Assembly (NCBI GenBank): GCA_038087875.1
Contig: CM075987.1
Location: forward strand, 15,314,001-15,378,000
Length of the DNA stretch: 64,000 nucleotides
Source of the DNA: Malacoraja senta
Lineage: Eukaryota
Direction: 5' to 3'
Of the stretch, positions 38,060-49,690 are shown in pieces. The number at the start of each line of letters is the position of its first letter. Position 1 is the stretch's first letter. The notes beneath the pieces were generated by a model, which saw only the letters and a program-made list of their open reading frames with translations, searched no databases and was not told the origin of the DNA. The translations under genes and the position numbers were made by a program.

Positions 38060-39889
38060 TGCCAAAGTAATCCTGGATTATTTTAACATTGTGGTGTGGC
38101 TGCTTTCCAGTGGTAGCTGGATTCAGAACTTGTAGCTAATCACATAACAATGTACTGACTGCCAAAGCCAAGTGGTAAAGCAAGAGGTGTCTTAATGGAA
38201 AGCATCTGGTTTGTTCCCTAGGTGAACAGCCTAATCAGATATTTCAATTTTGCTGCCCATATTTGAATTGTCATGAGCTAATTCAAATACACAGTTTCAT
38301 ATAAATGTTCAAAATAATATCTCCAAGGACCTTTTATATTTTAGTTTCGCCTTTGACTCTTGGTCTTGGCTTCTCTCTGTCTCCCTCTTCATCGCTGATG
38401 TCATTTCTTTCTTCACTGAGTGGGATGGGAGAGGTTGGGAACTACCGTCCTTGTGTCATCAACATTGGTTTTCAGGAGCAGTCTGGAGTTGTTGGTCAGC
38501 ATCTAGGTCACTGCATTCCTCCCAAAGAAGGAAGATGTTTGTTTTATGTGATGCAGGTCCGACCCAGGTTATGGCAGGGTTCCGCTCCTGCCACTTTGGT
38601 CCATCTCGTCCAAGATGCCACATCTAAGCTAGTCTTATTTGGCCCATGTCCCTCTAAACCTGCCCTATCCACGTACCTGTCCCATAACCCGGGCCGTTCA
38701 CAAGTTTAGTTTAGTTTTTGTTTATTGTTATTGTCATGTGTACCGAGGTAGAGTGAAAAGCTTTTTGTTGCTTGCTATCCAGTCAGTGAAAAGACTCTGC
38801 AAGATTACCATCAAGCCATCTGCAGTGTATAGATACAGGGCAAAGGGTATAACGTTTAGTGCAAGATAAAGTCCGACTATAGATAGCTCGGAGGTCTCCC
38901 ATGAGGTAGACGGGAAGTCAGGACCGCCCTCTAGTTGGTGACCGGATGGTTCTGTTGCCTGATTACAGCTGGGAAAATACTGTCCCTGAATCAGGAGGTT
39001 TTCAAACTTCTGTACCTCTTGACGTGTGGAAACGCATCACCCAGCAAACACAGACCAAACAGGGGCAATGTGTAACTAAACCAGGATGTTTAAATCAATC
39101 ATTCAGACATTGCCATGTACTGCGTCCCCACACAGCAGCAGATGCCTGCAGTCCGGCAACAACCGGCTAATCACCCCCCCCCCCCCCAACCCGGCAGTCT
39201 CCTATGTACTGACTGGATGCAAGTGGGGCAGAGGAAGACTCGTGCACGGAGTCTGGCTCACACCGAGAATTTGAACAAGTGCAATAATTTGGGCGAAAGC
39301 ATATCTTGGACATGATCCACATAGTCCTGGTTTCAGCATGGTGCTGTATTTCAGTGAAGCCTGACATTGAACCCACTTTGGTACACAAAAATGCTGGAGA
39401 AACTCAGCGGGTGCAGCAGCATCTATGGAGCGAAGGAGATAGGCAACGTTTCGGGCTGAAACCCTTCTTCAGACCCACTTTGCTGATTTTGCCGTTCCTG
39501 GTTCAACATGTTGCGGCCAGCAGATTGAGATGATTGAACCTGGTGTACAACCCCCTGTTCATTTCCTTACAGGGAGGGGGGGGGGGGGTCACACAGCACG
39601 GAACCAGGCCCATAACACCCTGGTTTAACAGCATCTTGGTCTGTTCTTCGTTCCAGAGGAACAGATCAAGATGCAGGAAATCTGATGCTGACAACATGGT
39701 CACCAAAACTCAGGTAACTACTGTATCTCCACACTGGGGATGAAATGGTGTGAGGATTTTGTGCATGGTTTCTCCTGTCATGAAGCAGCGTTGTGTTTGT
39801 GAACTAAACTGTGTGCTGACGATGACTTTGGGTATGCCGTAACTTCCAGTGATTCTCAGGTCATTTCCATGTTTGCTGTTGTTTCCCAG

Positions 39890-40063
39890 TTGCTCCCAGG
39901 ATTGCCAGTGCCGCTGATGATGGCACTCCGGAGGATGTTGTTGTTATTGTGAACAATCCCACCTCGTTGGTGTGCGAGGCGGTGGCCTATCCAAGCCCAA
40001 CCATCACCTGGTTCAAGGATGGCGTTCCCTTCAAGGCTTCGAGGAACATGCATCTGGTACCAG
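39890..40063 (+). CDS. HMCN2: Hemicentin exon (IAPRIASA...[11 protein letters not shown]...MHLVP), phase 1-1
   Basis: tcccag|TT; CCA G|gtacat. Confidence 0.94.
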
Positions 40064-41220
40064 GTACATCCTGCTGGGATACTTCACTGCAAATCGAGGC
40101 AGCTCGTTGCTTTGCCGCTTCTCCATGCTGGTCAAGCCATTGACCTAATGATGCTATTATATGCAACGGAGGGTGTGTGGGTCAAGTAGTTGTGGACACA
40201 TTCACCGTATTTGTCCGTGTGTATCCTCGGTCTCAGTGATAGCAGGTCTAACTTTTTCTGATGCATCCTCACAGCCTGGGAGCCTCCCATTCATCAGTCC
40301 CACCTGAGTAATTCATGCAATGGTGAAAGTCAGATCTGTCTCGGACTGGCCAAACTCTCCATGCCATCTGTAGATCCGTTTAGTTTAGTGTAGTTTAGTG
40401 TCACGTGTCCCGTGGAAAGCTTTTTTGTTGCAAGCTATCCAATCAGCGGAAAGACTATACGCGGTGTACAGATAGCGGATAACAGGAATAACGTTTAATA
40501 CAAGATAAAGTCCAATAAATGTCTGATTAAAGATAGTTTGTGGGTCTTCAATGAGGTAGATGATAGCTCAGGATCACTCTCTAGTTGGTGATAGGATGAT
40601 TCAGTAGCCTGGTATCAGCTGAGAACCACTGTCCCTGAATCAGCTGTTTCACTTTGACATCGAGTCCAAACCTCTCATACGAGATTCAAATGCACAAGCT
40701 CAGCTGACCGACCTGTAGAGTTGAGATGTAATGAAACGACACATGCTGGAATCTTGAACAAGAAACAAACTGCTCGATGAACTCAGCAGGTCAGGCAGCA
40801 CCTGCGGAGGGAATGGACAGACATTGTTTCGGGTTGAGATCCTTCTTCAGACTGGAGAGAATGGAGAAGGGAGGAGATGGCTGGAAAAGAGAGGTTGGGC
40901 CGGGACAAGCCTGGCAAATGTACGGTGGATACAGGTGATGGGGGTTGGTGGGGGGGTGGGGGCGGGGGAGGTATTGGCAGACGGGTGGAGTAAATGACAA
41001 AGTCTGGAGATGAAAAGGAGACAACAGGGCGTCAGATAAGGAGAGAAGAGGAAGAGTGAAATGTAAAGTGGGAGTGAGGGATATGGATGGAAGGGACTGT
41101 GGGGAGGGGAAGGAGGTGGGAATAAAAGGCAAGTATGGGACTGGGGGACTGGTGATGAGCGTATGGAGGAGGTGAAAAGAGCAGGGTTAACATTTCCATG
41201 TTTTGGCCTTGTGTTTCCAG

Positions 41221-41334
41221 GAGGTCGGGGACTGCAGATTCTGAGTGTCCAAGAGGAGAATGCCGGCCATTACAGCTGTGTGGTGACCAATGAAGCTGGT
41301 GAGGCAGTGAAGGATTACGAGCTGAAAGTCTTCA
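41221..41334 (+). CDS. HMCN2: Hemicentin exon (GGRGLQIL...[11 protein letters not shown]...YELKVF), phase 1-1
   Basis: ttccag|GA; TTC A|gtaagt. Confidence 0.95.
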
Positions 41335-41532
41335 GTAAGTCCGTTCTCTCACTGATATGTGGGTTGTCGTATCTTCAATAGGTTGATTGGAGTAGATGTC
41401 ACAAGAAAGGTGTTTTTTACATTTAATTCTGCATCTGTTTCATTCTCCTCTGAACACCTTTGTTTATTCATGTTAAGGGGGTTGGATGGGGAGGAGGCAG
41501 AGGTCTGTCTGCCGGAGATGAAAGGTCTTTAC

Positions 41533-41815
41533 ACTTTAGAGATACAGCATGGAAACAGGCCCTCCTGTCCACCGAGTCTGTGCCGACCAGCGATCCCATC
41601 GTGCACTAGCATTATCCTACACACCAGGGACAATTGACAGAAGCCAATTAACCTACAAACCCGTAGGTCTTTGGAATGTGGGAGGAAACCGGAGCACCCG
41701 GAGTAAACTCACAGGGAGAACGTACAAACTCCGTACCGACAGAGCCGTAGTCAGGATCGAACCCGGGCCTCTGGCGCTGTAAGGCAGCAACTCTACCACT
41801 GCGCCACCGTGCCGC
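41533..41815 (-). mobile_element. HE1/V-SINE-type element
   Basis: gcggcacggtggcgcagtggtagagttgctgcc head on minus. Confidence 0.9.
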
Positions 41816-42319
41816 TTCATCTAGTGAAATATTTTAGAGTGAATCTGAACACAAAATGAGAGTTAAACACTTTGAGCATCCAAAGGGAATCTGTGCCCAT
41901 TAGTGTTTGGGAAAGGACTGAGGCGTGTTGGGGCAGGAGTGGGGCAACATGGTGAACTTCCAAAGGCAAATGCTACTGTAAGAAATTGAGACGCAAGGAA
42001 TTGCAGATGCTGAAATCCTGGGCAAAAAGCACGAGAGTGCTGGAGTAACTCAGCATCTGTGGAGAATAATGATAGGCAGTGTTTTGGGTTGGGACCTTTC
42101 TTCAGACTCAGAGTCTATCCTGCTGAGTTACTGCAGCACTCTGTGTCTTTGATAGGAAATGGCCGTGCTTTCCCTGGTTTAGTTTCTCATCTTCAATCTA
42201 TAATGGGAAGTCAGACCAATGTCCTGTCATGGAATATTCTTTTGATTTGAAATACAAGTGGCCCAGTATAGATGCCACCTCTGCCATCTCCAAACTCTCC
42301 CAAGTTTTCCTCATCTATG

Positions 42320-43600
42320 CAGTCTGGTCACCCAGATATTGGGAAGGATGTCTTTAGGTTGGAAAGGATGCAGAAAAGTTAGATTTAGTTCTCAGGGCTG
42401 ACAGAATGAAGGGATATGGGGAGAAAGCAGGAACGGGGTAACGATTTAGGATGATCAGCCATGATCATATTGAATGGCGGTGCTAGCTTGAAGGGCTGAA
42501 TGGCCTACTCCTGCACCTACTTTCTATGTTTCTAAGAGATTCACCAGAAAGTTACCTGGACTTGTGGGTTTTTGTTGTAGGGAGAGGTTGAATAGGCTGA
42601 AATCTTTTTCTTTGGAGCGCAGGAGGCTGAGGGGTGATCTTACTGAGATGTGCAAGATCATGAGGGACGTGGATGAAGTGAATGCTCACGGTCTTTTTCC
42701 CAGGGTAGAGGATTATAAAATGAAAGATGTGTAGTCTTAAGGTGAGAGGAGAGATTAAAGCGAGACTTCAGGGGCAGCTATTTATCCCAGAAATCGATAT
42801 CTGGAATGAGCTGCTATAGAAGTAGATACAATTACAACTTTTAAAACGTATTTGGACTGATACATGGATTTAGAGGGATAAGAGCCAATTGCAGGCAAGT
42901 GGGACTTGGCCAGTGTGTGAACCTGGCCGGCAACACCAGGGTTGGCCAGAGAGAATGTTTCTGCATCGTGAAGCCCTATGACTATCTACAATGATCCCAG
43001 ATTTGGGCATGGTTCATTTGATTTTTAATCCCTATTTGTCACCTTTTCCTGCCTATAATGAATTCATTGCCACAGACGGCTGTGGAGGCCAAGTCATTAG
43101 GTATTATTAAGGCGTAGATTGACAGATTCTTGATTAGTAATAGGCCTGTCCCACGGTACGAGTTCATTCCAAGAGCTCTCCCGAGTTTAAAAAAAATCAA
43201 ACTCGTGGTAAGCACGGAGAATGAACGTAGCGGGTATGTCGGAGCTCGGGGACGTCTCTTAGCGGCTCGTACCGCTAACGGCAGGTACTCGGGAAGACTC
43301 GCTAACGGCAGGTAAGCACGGGAAGACTCGTGAAGATTTTTCAACATGTTGAAAAATGTCCACGAGAGCCCCGAGTACCGACGAGTGGCCATTACCGTAT
43401 ATCTCTGAGTTCGAATCAGGGAAAACTCGGGAGAGCGCTTGGAATGAACTCGTACCGTGGGACAGGGCTTTAAGGGTGTCAAGAGTTGTGTGGAAAAGGC
43501 AGGGGAATGGGGCGGAGAGGGAAAGATAGATTAGCCCTCATTGAATGGCAAAGTAGGCCTAATGAAATGGCCTCATTCTGCTGATATGACTTATGAATGT
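42320..43600 (+). mobile_element. Cluster of CR1 3' fragments (hosts the MITE at 43141)
   Basis: RRRLRGDLTEMCKIM motif and CR1 3' UTR motifs. Confidence 0.75.
43141..43470. mobile_element. Harbinger-type MITE (330 bp)
   Basis: 48-bp TIRs (45/48); TAA duplication (43138-40, 43471-73); inserted in a CR1 3' fragment. Confidence 0.85.
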
Positions 43601-44674
43601 GAATCAGAAGTTCAGGGGCTCTCGTTTGTGTAATCACATTTATTTAAGGAGCTGACAAATGTCCCTGGGTCCTTGTCACTGCTGACATGGTGCAGATTCA
43701 GATGAGTTTATTGTTGTATGCACTAGAATGCAACAAAACTCCTTGTTCGCATGAAGCTCAGAGTAAACAGTATACATGCTAACGATAGATACAATAAATA
43801 GAGCGAGTGCCAAGCAGCAGAATGATACCGAGATCATTGTGCAATCCATTGCAGTACCAAAAAGAAAATAGTTTTGTTTAGTTCAGTTTATTGTCACGTG
43901 TAATGAGATATAGTGAAAAAACGTCATTGTTGCGTGCAATCCACTCAGCTGAAAGACAATACAAGATTACCATCGAGCCGTCCACAGTGTACAGAGTAGG
44001 AAATGGTTTAAAAGAGTGTAACGATTGTAATGAATGATTGCAGATCCACTTCAGGGGCCATCATGCAGAGGGTCACCTGGCTTGGGGGCCAACTAATGTA
44101 GTGCAATAACAGAATAACTGAAAGGGGCAGAGTTATACGTACAAGGCAGCACCTCAGGGGAGAGGGTGAGAAAGAGGTGATTGGTTCAGGAGTCTGATAG
44201 TAATGGGGAAGAAGCTGTTTTTCGGTCTAGACATCGGGCTTCCCAGGCTCCCATATCTTCTCGCAGAAGGAGGAAGAGATAAAAGGGAAAAGCAGCTTGA
44301 ATGAGTGGCTTGGGATTTTGTTGATTTTGCTGCTATCTTCTGGTGGAAGTCCATCTGACGTGGGCGTTGCAGCTGTGATCGGGCATTTTCCATGCCCTCC
44401 TGCATCTAACGATTCCTAACCTCCCCCGCACCCCTCCCCCAACTGACGGCTTGACATGCCATGAATCCTGGCTCCCAATCATCCTACGTCATTCAAACAT
44501 TGAAGAGATTTATAACTAACTGTTAAATGTTTCAATGTATTCTCTCTCTCTCAGCGAAAATCAATTTCACCCAAATATTTATAACATGAAAACAGAATTT
44601 TTTCTGTGAGGCAGACAAAAATGCTGGAGAAACTCAGCGGGTGAGGCAGCATCTATGGAGCGAAGGAAATAGGT

Positions 44675-44702
44675 AACGTTTCGGGTCGAAACCCTTCTTC
44701 AG
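44675..44702 (-). ncRNA. Candidate minimal hammerhead ribozyme motif
   Basis: Minus strand reads CUGAAGA-A-GGGU(UUCG)ACCC-GAAA-C-GUU; stem I is short. Confidence 0.5.
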
Positions 44703-45131
44703 ACCTCTGAAGTGTGAACTTCAGTGTGAACTGAAGTGTGAACTTTTCTCTGAAGTGTGTTCACAGCAAAACTCTAAAGGCTAATCCTTGGTTCCCGGAG
44801 AATCCCAAAGCGTTTGCAAACTCAGTTGAACGTTTCTTGGAAAGGGAACTGGATGAGCTAGGAGCTGTACCAGTCAGATGGCAAATCTTGGCTTGGTGCA
44901 ATACTTGTTATGTTCAAGATAGACACAAAAAGCTGGAGTAACTCAGCGGGACAGGCAGCATCTCTGGAGAGAAGGAATGGGTGACGTTTTGGGTTGAGAC
45001 CCTTCGTCACCCATTCCTTACTCCATCTTTATGTGTCTATCATTGATTTAAACCAGCATCTGCAGCTCCTTCCTACACACTTGTTACGTTCAACAAGGCG
45101 GACAATCTTCTTGAAATCTCTCTTGTCTCAG

Positions 45132-45277
45132 TTCCTCCGCAGATCGTGAAGGATGGTGGGACAGCGGGAAATTTCCGCGTGACTCAAGTCAAGACCAAGG
45201 TGAACACCTCACTGACCCTGACGTGTGAATCGTGGGCAGTGCCAGCTCCTGTTCTCCGCTGGTACAAGGACGGGCAG
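45132..45277 (+). CDS. HMCN2: Hemicentin exon (IPPQIVKD...TCESWAVPAPVLRWYKDGQ), phase 1-0
   Basis: tctcag|TT; CAG|gtaata. Confidence 0.94.
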
Positions 45278-46198
45278 GTAATAGCCACCAGCAGGCACAA
45301 AGCGGCTCTTTGTCTTTCTCCGTCGCTGATCTGCATGTTCACAAAATGTCACCTGGAGACGACGGGTTGCAACCAATAGATTCCCCGTTTTTGACCAAAA
45401 TTTGCAACAGGATTCTCACAATCCCAAAATCCAAAGACCTTGAGGAAGATCTGAAAAATTGAACGTATGAAATAAAATGTTTCTGTTGAAACCTGGTGAA
45501 CAGCAATTTTTAGCAGTGTGCATAGTTCCATGGGATTCACTGGTTATTGAACACTCCCAGAAAATAATTCCAGGAATGTCTGGATGAAAGCATCAACAAT
45601 TGAACGATTATGGACAAGACAACCATCCCTGCTCTCCTCTAGTCTCCATTGTCAAGGGGGAGATCAAGGGGAAATGGGTTCACCTTCTACTGCCGTCCAC
45701 TGGGGCTTTTTGCAGTAGATCCGCAGGGATCTAGATAGGCACATGGACATGTAGGGAATGGAGAGATATGGATCACGTGCAGGCAGAGGAGATTAATTTA
45801 ACATGGCTGCGGTGGGCCGATGGGCCTGTTCCTGTGCTGCACTGTTCTGCGTTCTGTCTCAGCTGCAAACAGTAGAAGCTGGTGTTTCCAAAGCTGAGTA
45901 GTTGTGGTTCATTCATCTGCCCTTAATACAAAAATAGGTTTAAACTATGTTGTAATTAACTTTAGTTTATGTAATTCACGCTCTATGTTCTAGGTGGTCA
46001 ATCAATGAACTTATGTGCACTCCATGGAAGCAAGGTGCCACGGGCAGAGATTAAATCGTATTAATTCAGAGATTAACTCTGAAGAAGGGTCTTGACCTGA
46101 AACTTTACCTACCCATGTTCACCAGAGATGCTGCCACTCCCGCTGAGTGGCTCAAGCACAGTCTTTATTGAACTCTTACAATGTTACTCTTACTCCAG

Positions 46199-46349
46199 TT
46201 GTTGGCAGGGACTGAACATCTCCAGATTCTCGACGATGGACGCGTTCTCCAAATCAAACACACAAAGGTGTCGGACACAGGGCGTTACACGTGTGTGGCC
46301 ACAAACATTGCAGGGGAGGATGAGAAGGACTTTCACGTCAACATTCAAG
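46199..46349 (+). CDS. HMCN2: Hemicentin exon (LLAGTEHL...DTGRYTC...FHVNIQ), phase 0-1
   Basis: ctccag|TTG; CAA G|gtcagc. Confidence 0.94.
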
Positions 46350-47043
46350 GTCAGCAGCCGTTCTGGAGGCAGCAGCCAGTGTTGGTGGTTCCTCGAAGCC
46401 CTGACCTCTCTGCAACTTCCTCTTCCCTCGGTTTCCGTCTCCTTGTACCCCCGTGTGCGGTTCCAGTTTACCTGTCGCATCCAGCGCAGTGTCTGGGCTG
46501 TCATGTAGAGCAACGTGCCTGGTACTGAGTTACAAACCGGGAACTTGCCCTGGACCGTGAGACCTTACACTTTAGAGATACCACGCGGAAACAGGCCCTT
46601 CGGCCCACCGTGTCCGCACCGCCTGGCCATCACCCCATACACTAGCGCTCTCTTACACACTAGGGACAATTTACAATTTTACCAAAGCCAACTAGCACAC
46701 AAACCTGCACGTCTTTAAAATCTGGGAAGAAAGTGGAGGATCTGGAGAAAACCCATGCATGCAGTCACAGGGAGAATGTGCAAACTCTGTACAGACAGCA
46801 CCCGTAGTCCGGATCGAACGTGAGTCTCTGGCGCTGTAAGGCAGCAACTTGTGCCACTGTGCCGCCCCCAGTAATGCTGAGACACTAACTAGTCATGAGA
46901 CACTCAGCATTAGTTATGATGACAAGTACCATGACTAGTTGTCAGGATCTAGTTCTTTCTCAATACTTGAAATGTGGGATTGTATTGCAGTACTTCATAG
47001 ATTGATTAAGTTGTAATCTTTGATCTTCCTCCACACACTGCAG

Positions 47044-47259
47044 TGCCTCCCATCTTCCAGAAAGTCCATGGAGTGAACGCTGCCTGGGAGGTGATATTCC
47101 GGGAGGATGAGGTCGAAGATATAGTGGAACGGCGGGAAGTGATCGTGAATAATCCAGTGTCGCTCTACTGCGAGACTAATGCCATTCCGCCACCCAGGCT
47201 CTCCTGGTTCAAGGATGGCCAAGCTCTCTCGGCCACGGATGACATCCTGATTCTCCCAG
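47044..47259 (+). CDS. HMCN2: Hemicentin exon with linker insert (VPPIFQKVHGVNAAWEVIFRED...ILILP), phase 1-1
   Basis: ctgcag|TG; CCA G|gtacag; LYCETNAIPPP. Confidence 0.95.
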
Positions 47260-48986
47260 GTACAGTAGCTTGCCGCTGCAGCAGCCAATTGCTTCTCCAA
47301 GCCTCTTCACTGAGCTGAAGAAGTCCAAAGAAGAAGCATCCGCAGTCTTGTGCGTTTCCTCTTCCCTGAGCTGTTCACCTGCACGTTACAGATTGAATGA
47401 CCCCCTAGAGAGCCACGGGCCACTTGGCATTGAAGACCACTTCCACAATTACACCGCTGCAACTCAGTGCTATGGATAGAAACTTTCCCCCAACTATTGG
47501 TCCCAACTTTCAAAACAAATTTAGGAAGATGGTGAAGGCCTTTTGAGAATCTATGATCTGGAACATAATTCGATGCCCATCACGTTCCATATTTCCCTTT
47601 CATCCTCTTTCCCTGGCTCCTCTTCCACCTATATTCCTCCCTCTGGCTTTACTTCTCTCCTTCTCTGACACTGTTTAGACTTCTTTTGGGGATGATTGGG
47701 GATGATCAGCCATGATCACATTGAATAGCGGTGCTGGCTCGAAGGGCCGAATGGCCTACTCCTGCACCTATTGTCCATTGTCCATTTTCACCTCTATCTT
47801 TTGTCACTTACTCCACCCATCTGCCATTCAAGCCCCTACCCTCCTCCCTCCCTGCAGTGAAGCTGCTGCCTCACAGCACCAGAGACCTTGGTTCGATCCT
47901 GACCTTGGGCGCTGTCTGTGTGGAAATTGTACATTTTTTTTGAAGGTCAGGTTTTCTCCAGGTATTTTGGTTTCCTCCCATACTCCAAAGACATGTGGAT
48001 TTGTAGGTTAATTGGCCTCTGTACATTTCCCCCAGTGTGCAGAAAGTGGATGCGAAAGAGGGATAAAATAGAACTAGTGCAAACGGACGATCAATGGTCA
48101 ACGTGGACTCAGTGGGCTGAAGGGCCTGTTTCCATGCTATATCTTTCAGACAATCAAAACAGTGTTGCATCCACTGCCATTCAATCATTGGTCCCCTATC
48201 TAACAGCATTCTGGTCTTTTTAAATACTGAGAGGCTAAATTATCATGATAGACAAAAAAACACAACTCAGTGGATCAGGCAGCATCCCTGGTGACATTAT
48301 AGGTTAGGACCTTTCTTCAATCACCTATCCACATTCTATAGAGATGCTGAGATCCTCCACCACTTTGTGTGTTTTTTTTGTAAACCAGCATCAGCAGTTC
48401 TGTGTGTCTACATTATATCACCAGAGACCAGCTCTTAGGCTCCTAGTAGGAGCATGTGGCTATCAAACACCAGAACAGAATATAGAACAGTACAGGAATG
48501 GACCCTTCGGCCCACCTCCTCCATGCCGACCAAGATGCCCCATTTAAGCTAGTCCCTGCCTAGCCTTTTCCTGACTTTGACGTTTGGCCCATATCCCTCT
48601 AAATGTTAGTTTAGTTGAGATTAGACGTACAGCATGAAAATAGGTCTTTCTGCCCACCAAATCCACGCCGACCATCGATCACCTGTCCACACTAATTCTC
48701 CGTTATCCCACTTTCTTGCTCCACATTAGAGGCAATATATAGGGGCCAAATAACCAGCACATCTTTGGGATGTGGGAGGTAACCAGAGCACCTGGAGGAA
48801 TCCCACATGGTGACAGGGAGAACGTGCAAACTCCACACAGACAGCACCCAAAGTCAGGATTGAACCCTGGTCTCTGGCGCTGTGAGGCAGCAGCTCGACC
48901 AGTTGCATTTTTGTCATTGGGAACATGTTCCTTGAAAAGAATGTTTCAAACATCTCGCTAAGATGTGAACTTTGACCTCTTGACAG

Positions 48987-49100
48987 GAAGCCACATCCTG
49001 CAGATCCCCCGGGTGCGTGTGGATGATGCTGGGATGTACACGTGCCAAGCTGTCAATGAAGTTGGAGAGGACAAGCTCCACTATGAGCTGGTTGTCCTGG
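48987..49100 (+). CDS. HMCN2: Hemicentin exon (GSHILQIP...[15 protein letters not shown]), phase 1-1
   Basis: tgacag|GA; CTG G|gtgagt. Confidence 0.95.
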
Positions 49101-49234
49101 GTGAGTGTCCAAATGCCAAGAGTCCACTGGTCTCTGCAGAATCCATGGTAGGGTTGAGTGCATGCTGGTGTTTTGGTACATGTCTGAGTGTGTTCTTTCA
49201 TTGTACTCTTGAACCTTTGACCAGTTCACAATTC

Positions 49235-49690
49235 GTAGTGGTATTGGTTTATTATTATCACGTACTGAGACACAGTGAAAAGCTTGTGTTTGAGTGCGAT
49301 CCCGTCAAATCAAGTCAAACTGCACATGAGTACATCAAGCCATGCACGAGTGCAGCAATCAAGAGAAAAATGCCAGAGTATAGAATACTGTGTGGCAGCA
49401 TTTTGAGCATTACATTCGCAGAAAAAAAGTCAAATTTCTGTAATGAGGTAGGTTGGAAGATCGAGATTACACCCTCGCTTATGGGCGGACTGTTAAGTCG
49501 TCTGATAACAGCAGGGAAGAATCTGTTCTTGAGTCTGGTGGTACGTGCTTTCAAACTTTTGTATCTTCTCTACAATGGGAGAGGGGGAGAAAGTAAATGA
49601 CTGGGGTGAAAAAGGTCCTTGATTATGTTGGCTGCTATCCTGACACAGTGTGTAGTGTAGATGGAGTCTACAATAATGTGGACAGCTCTC
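49235..49690 (-). mobile_element. Rex1/Babar-type LINE 3' fragment
   Basis: [20 protein letters not shown]. Confidence 0.8.

Noticed and set aside
37232-38086. 284-aa and 203-aa ORFs
   Set aside because: Low-complexity CT repeat read through N gaps.
43270-43332. CRISPR-like direct repeats
   Set aside because: Two adjacent subterminal repeats in a MITE, no spacers, eukaryotic context.
46350-46528. In-frame read-through after the exon as an alternative C-terminus
   Set aside because: Open by plausible chance; no nearby poly(A) signal seen before the SINE.
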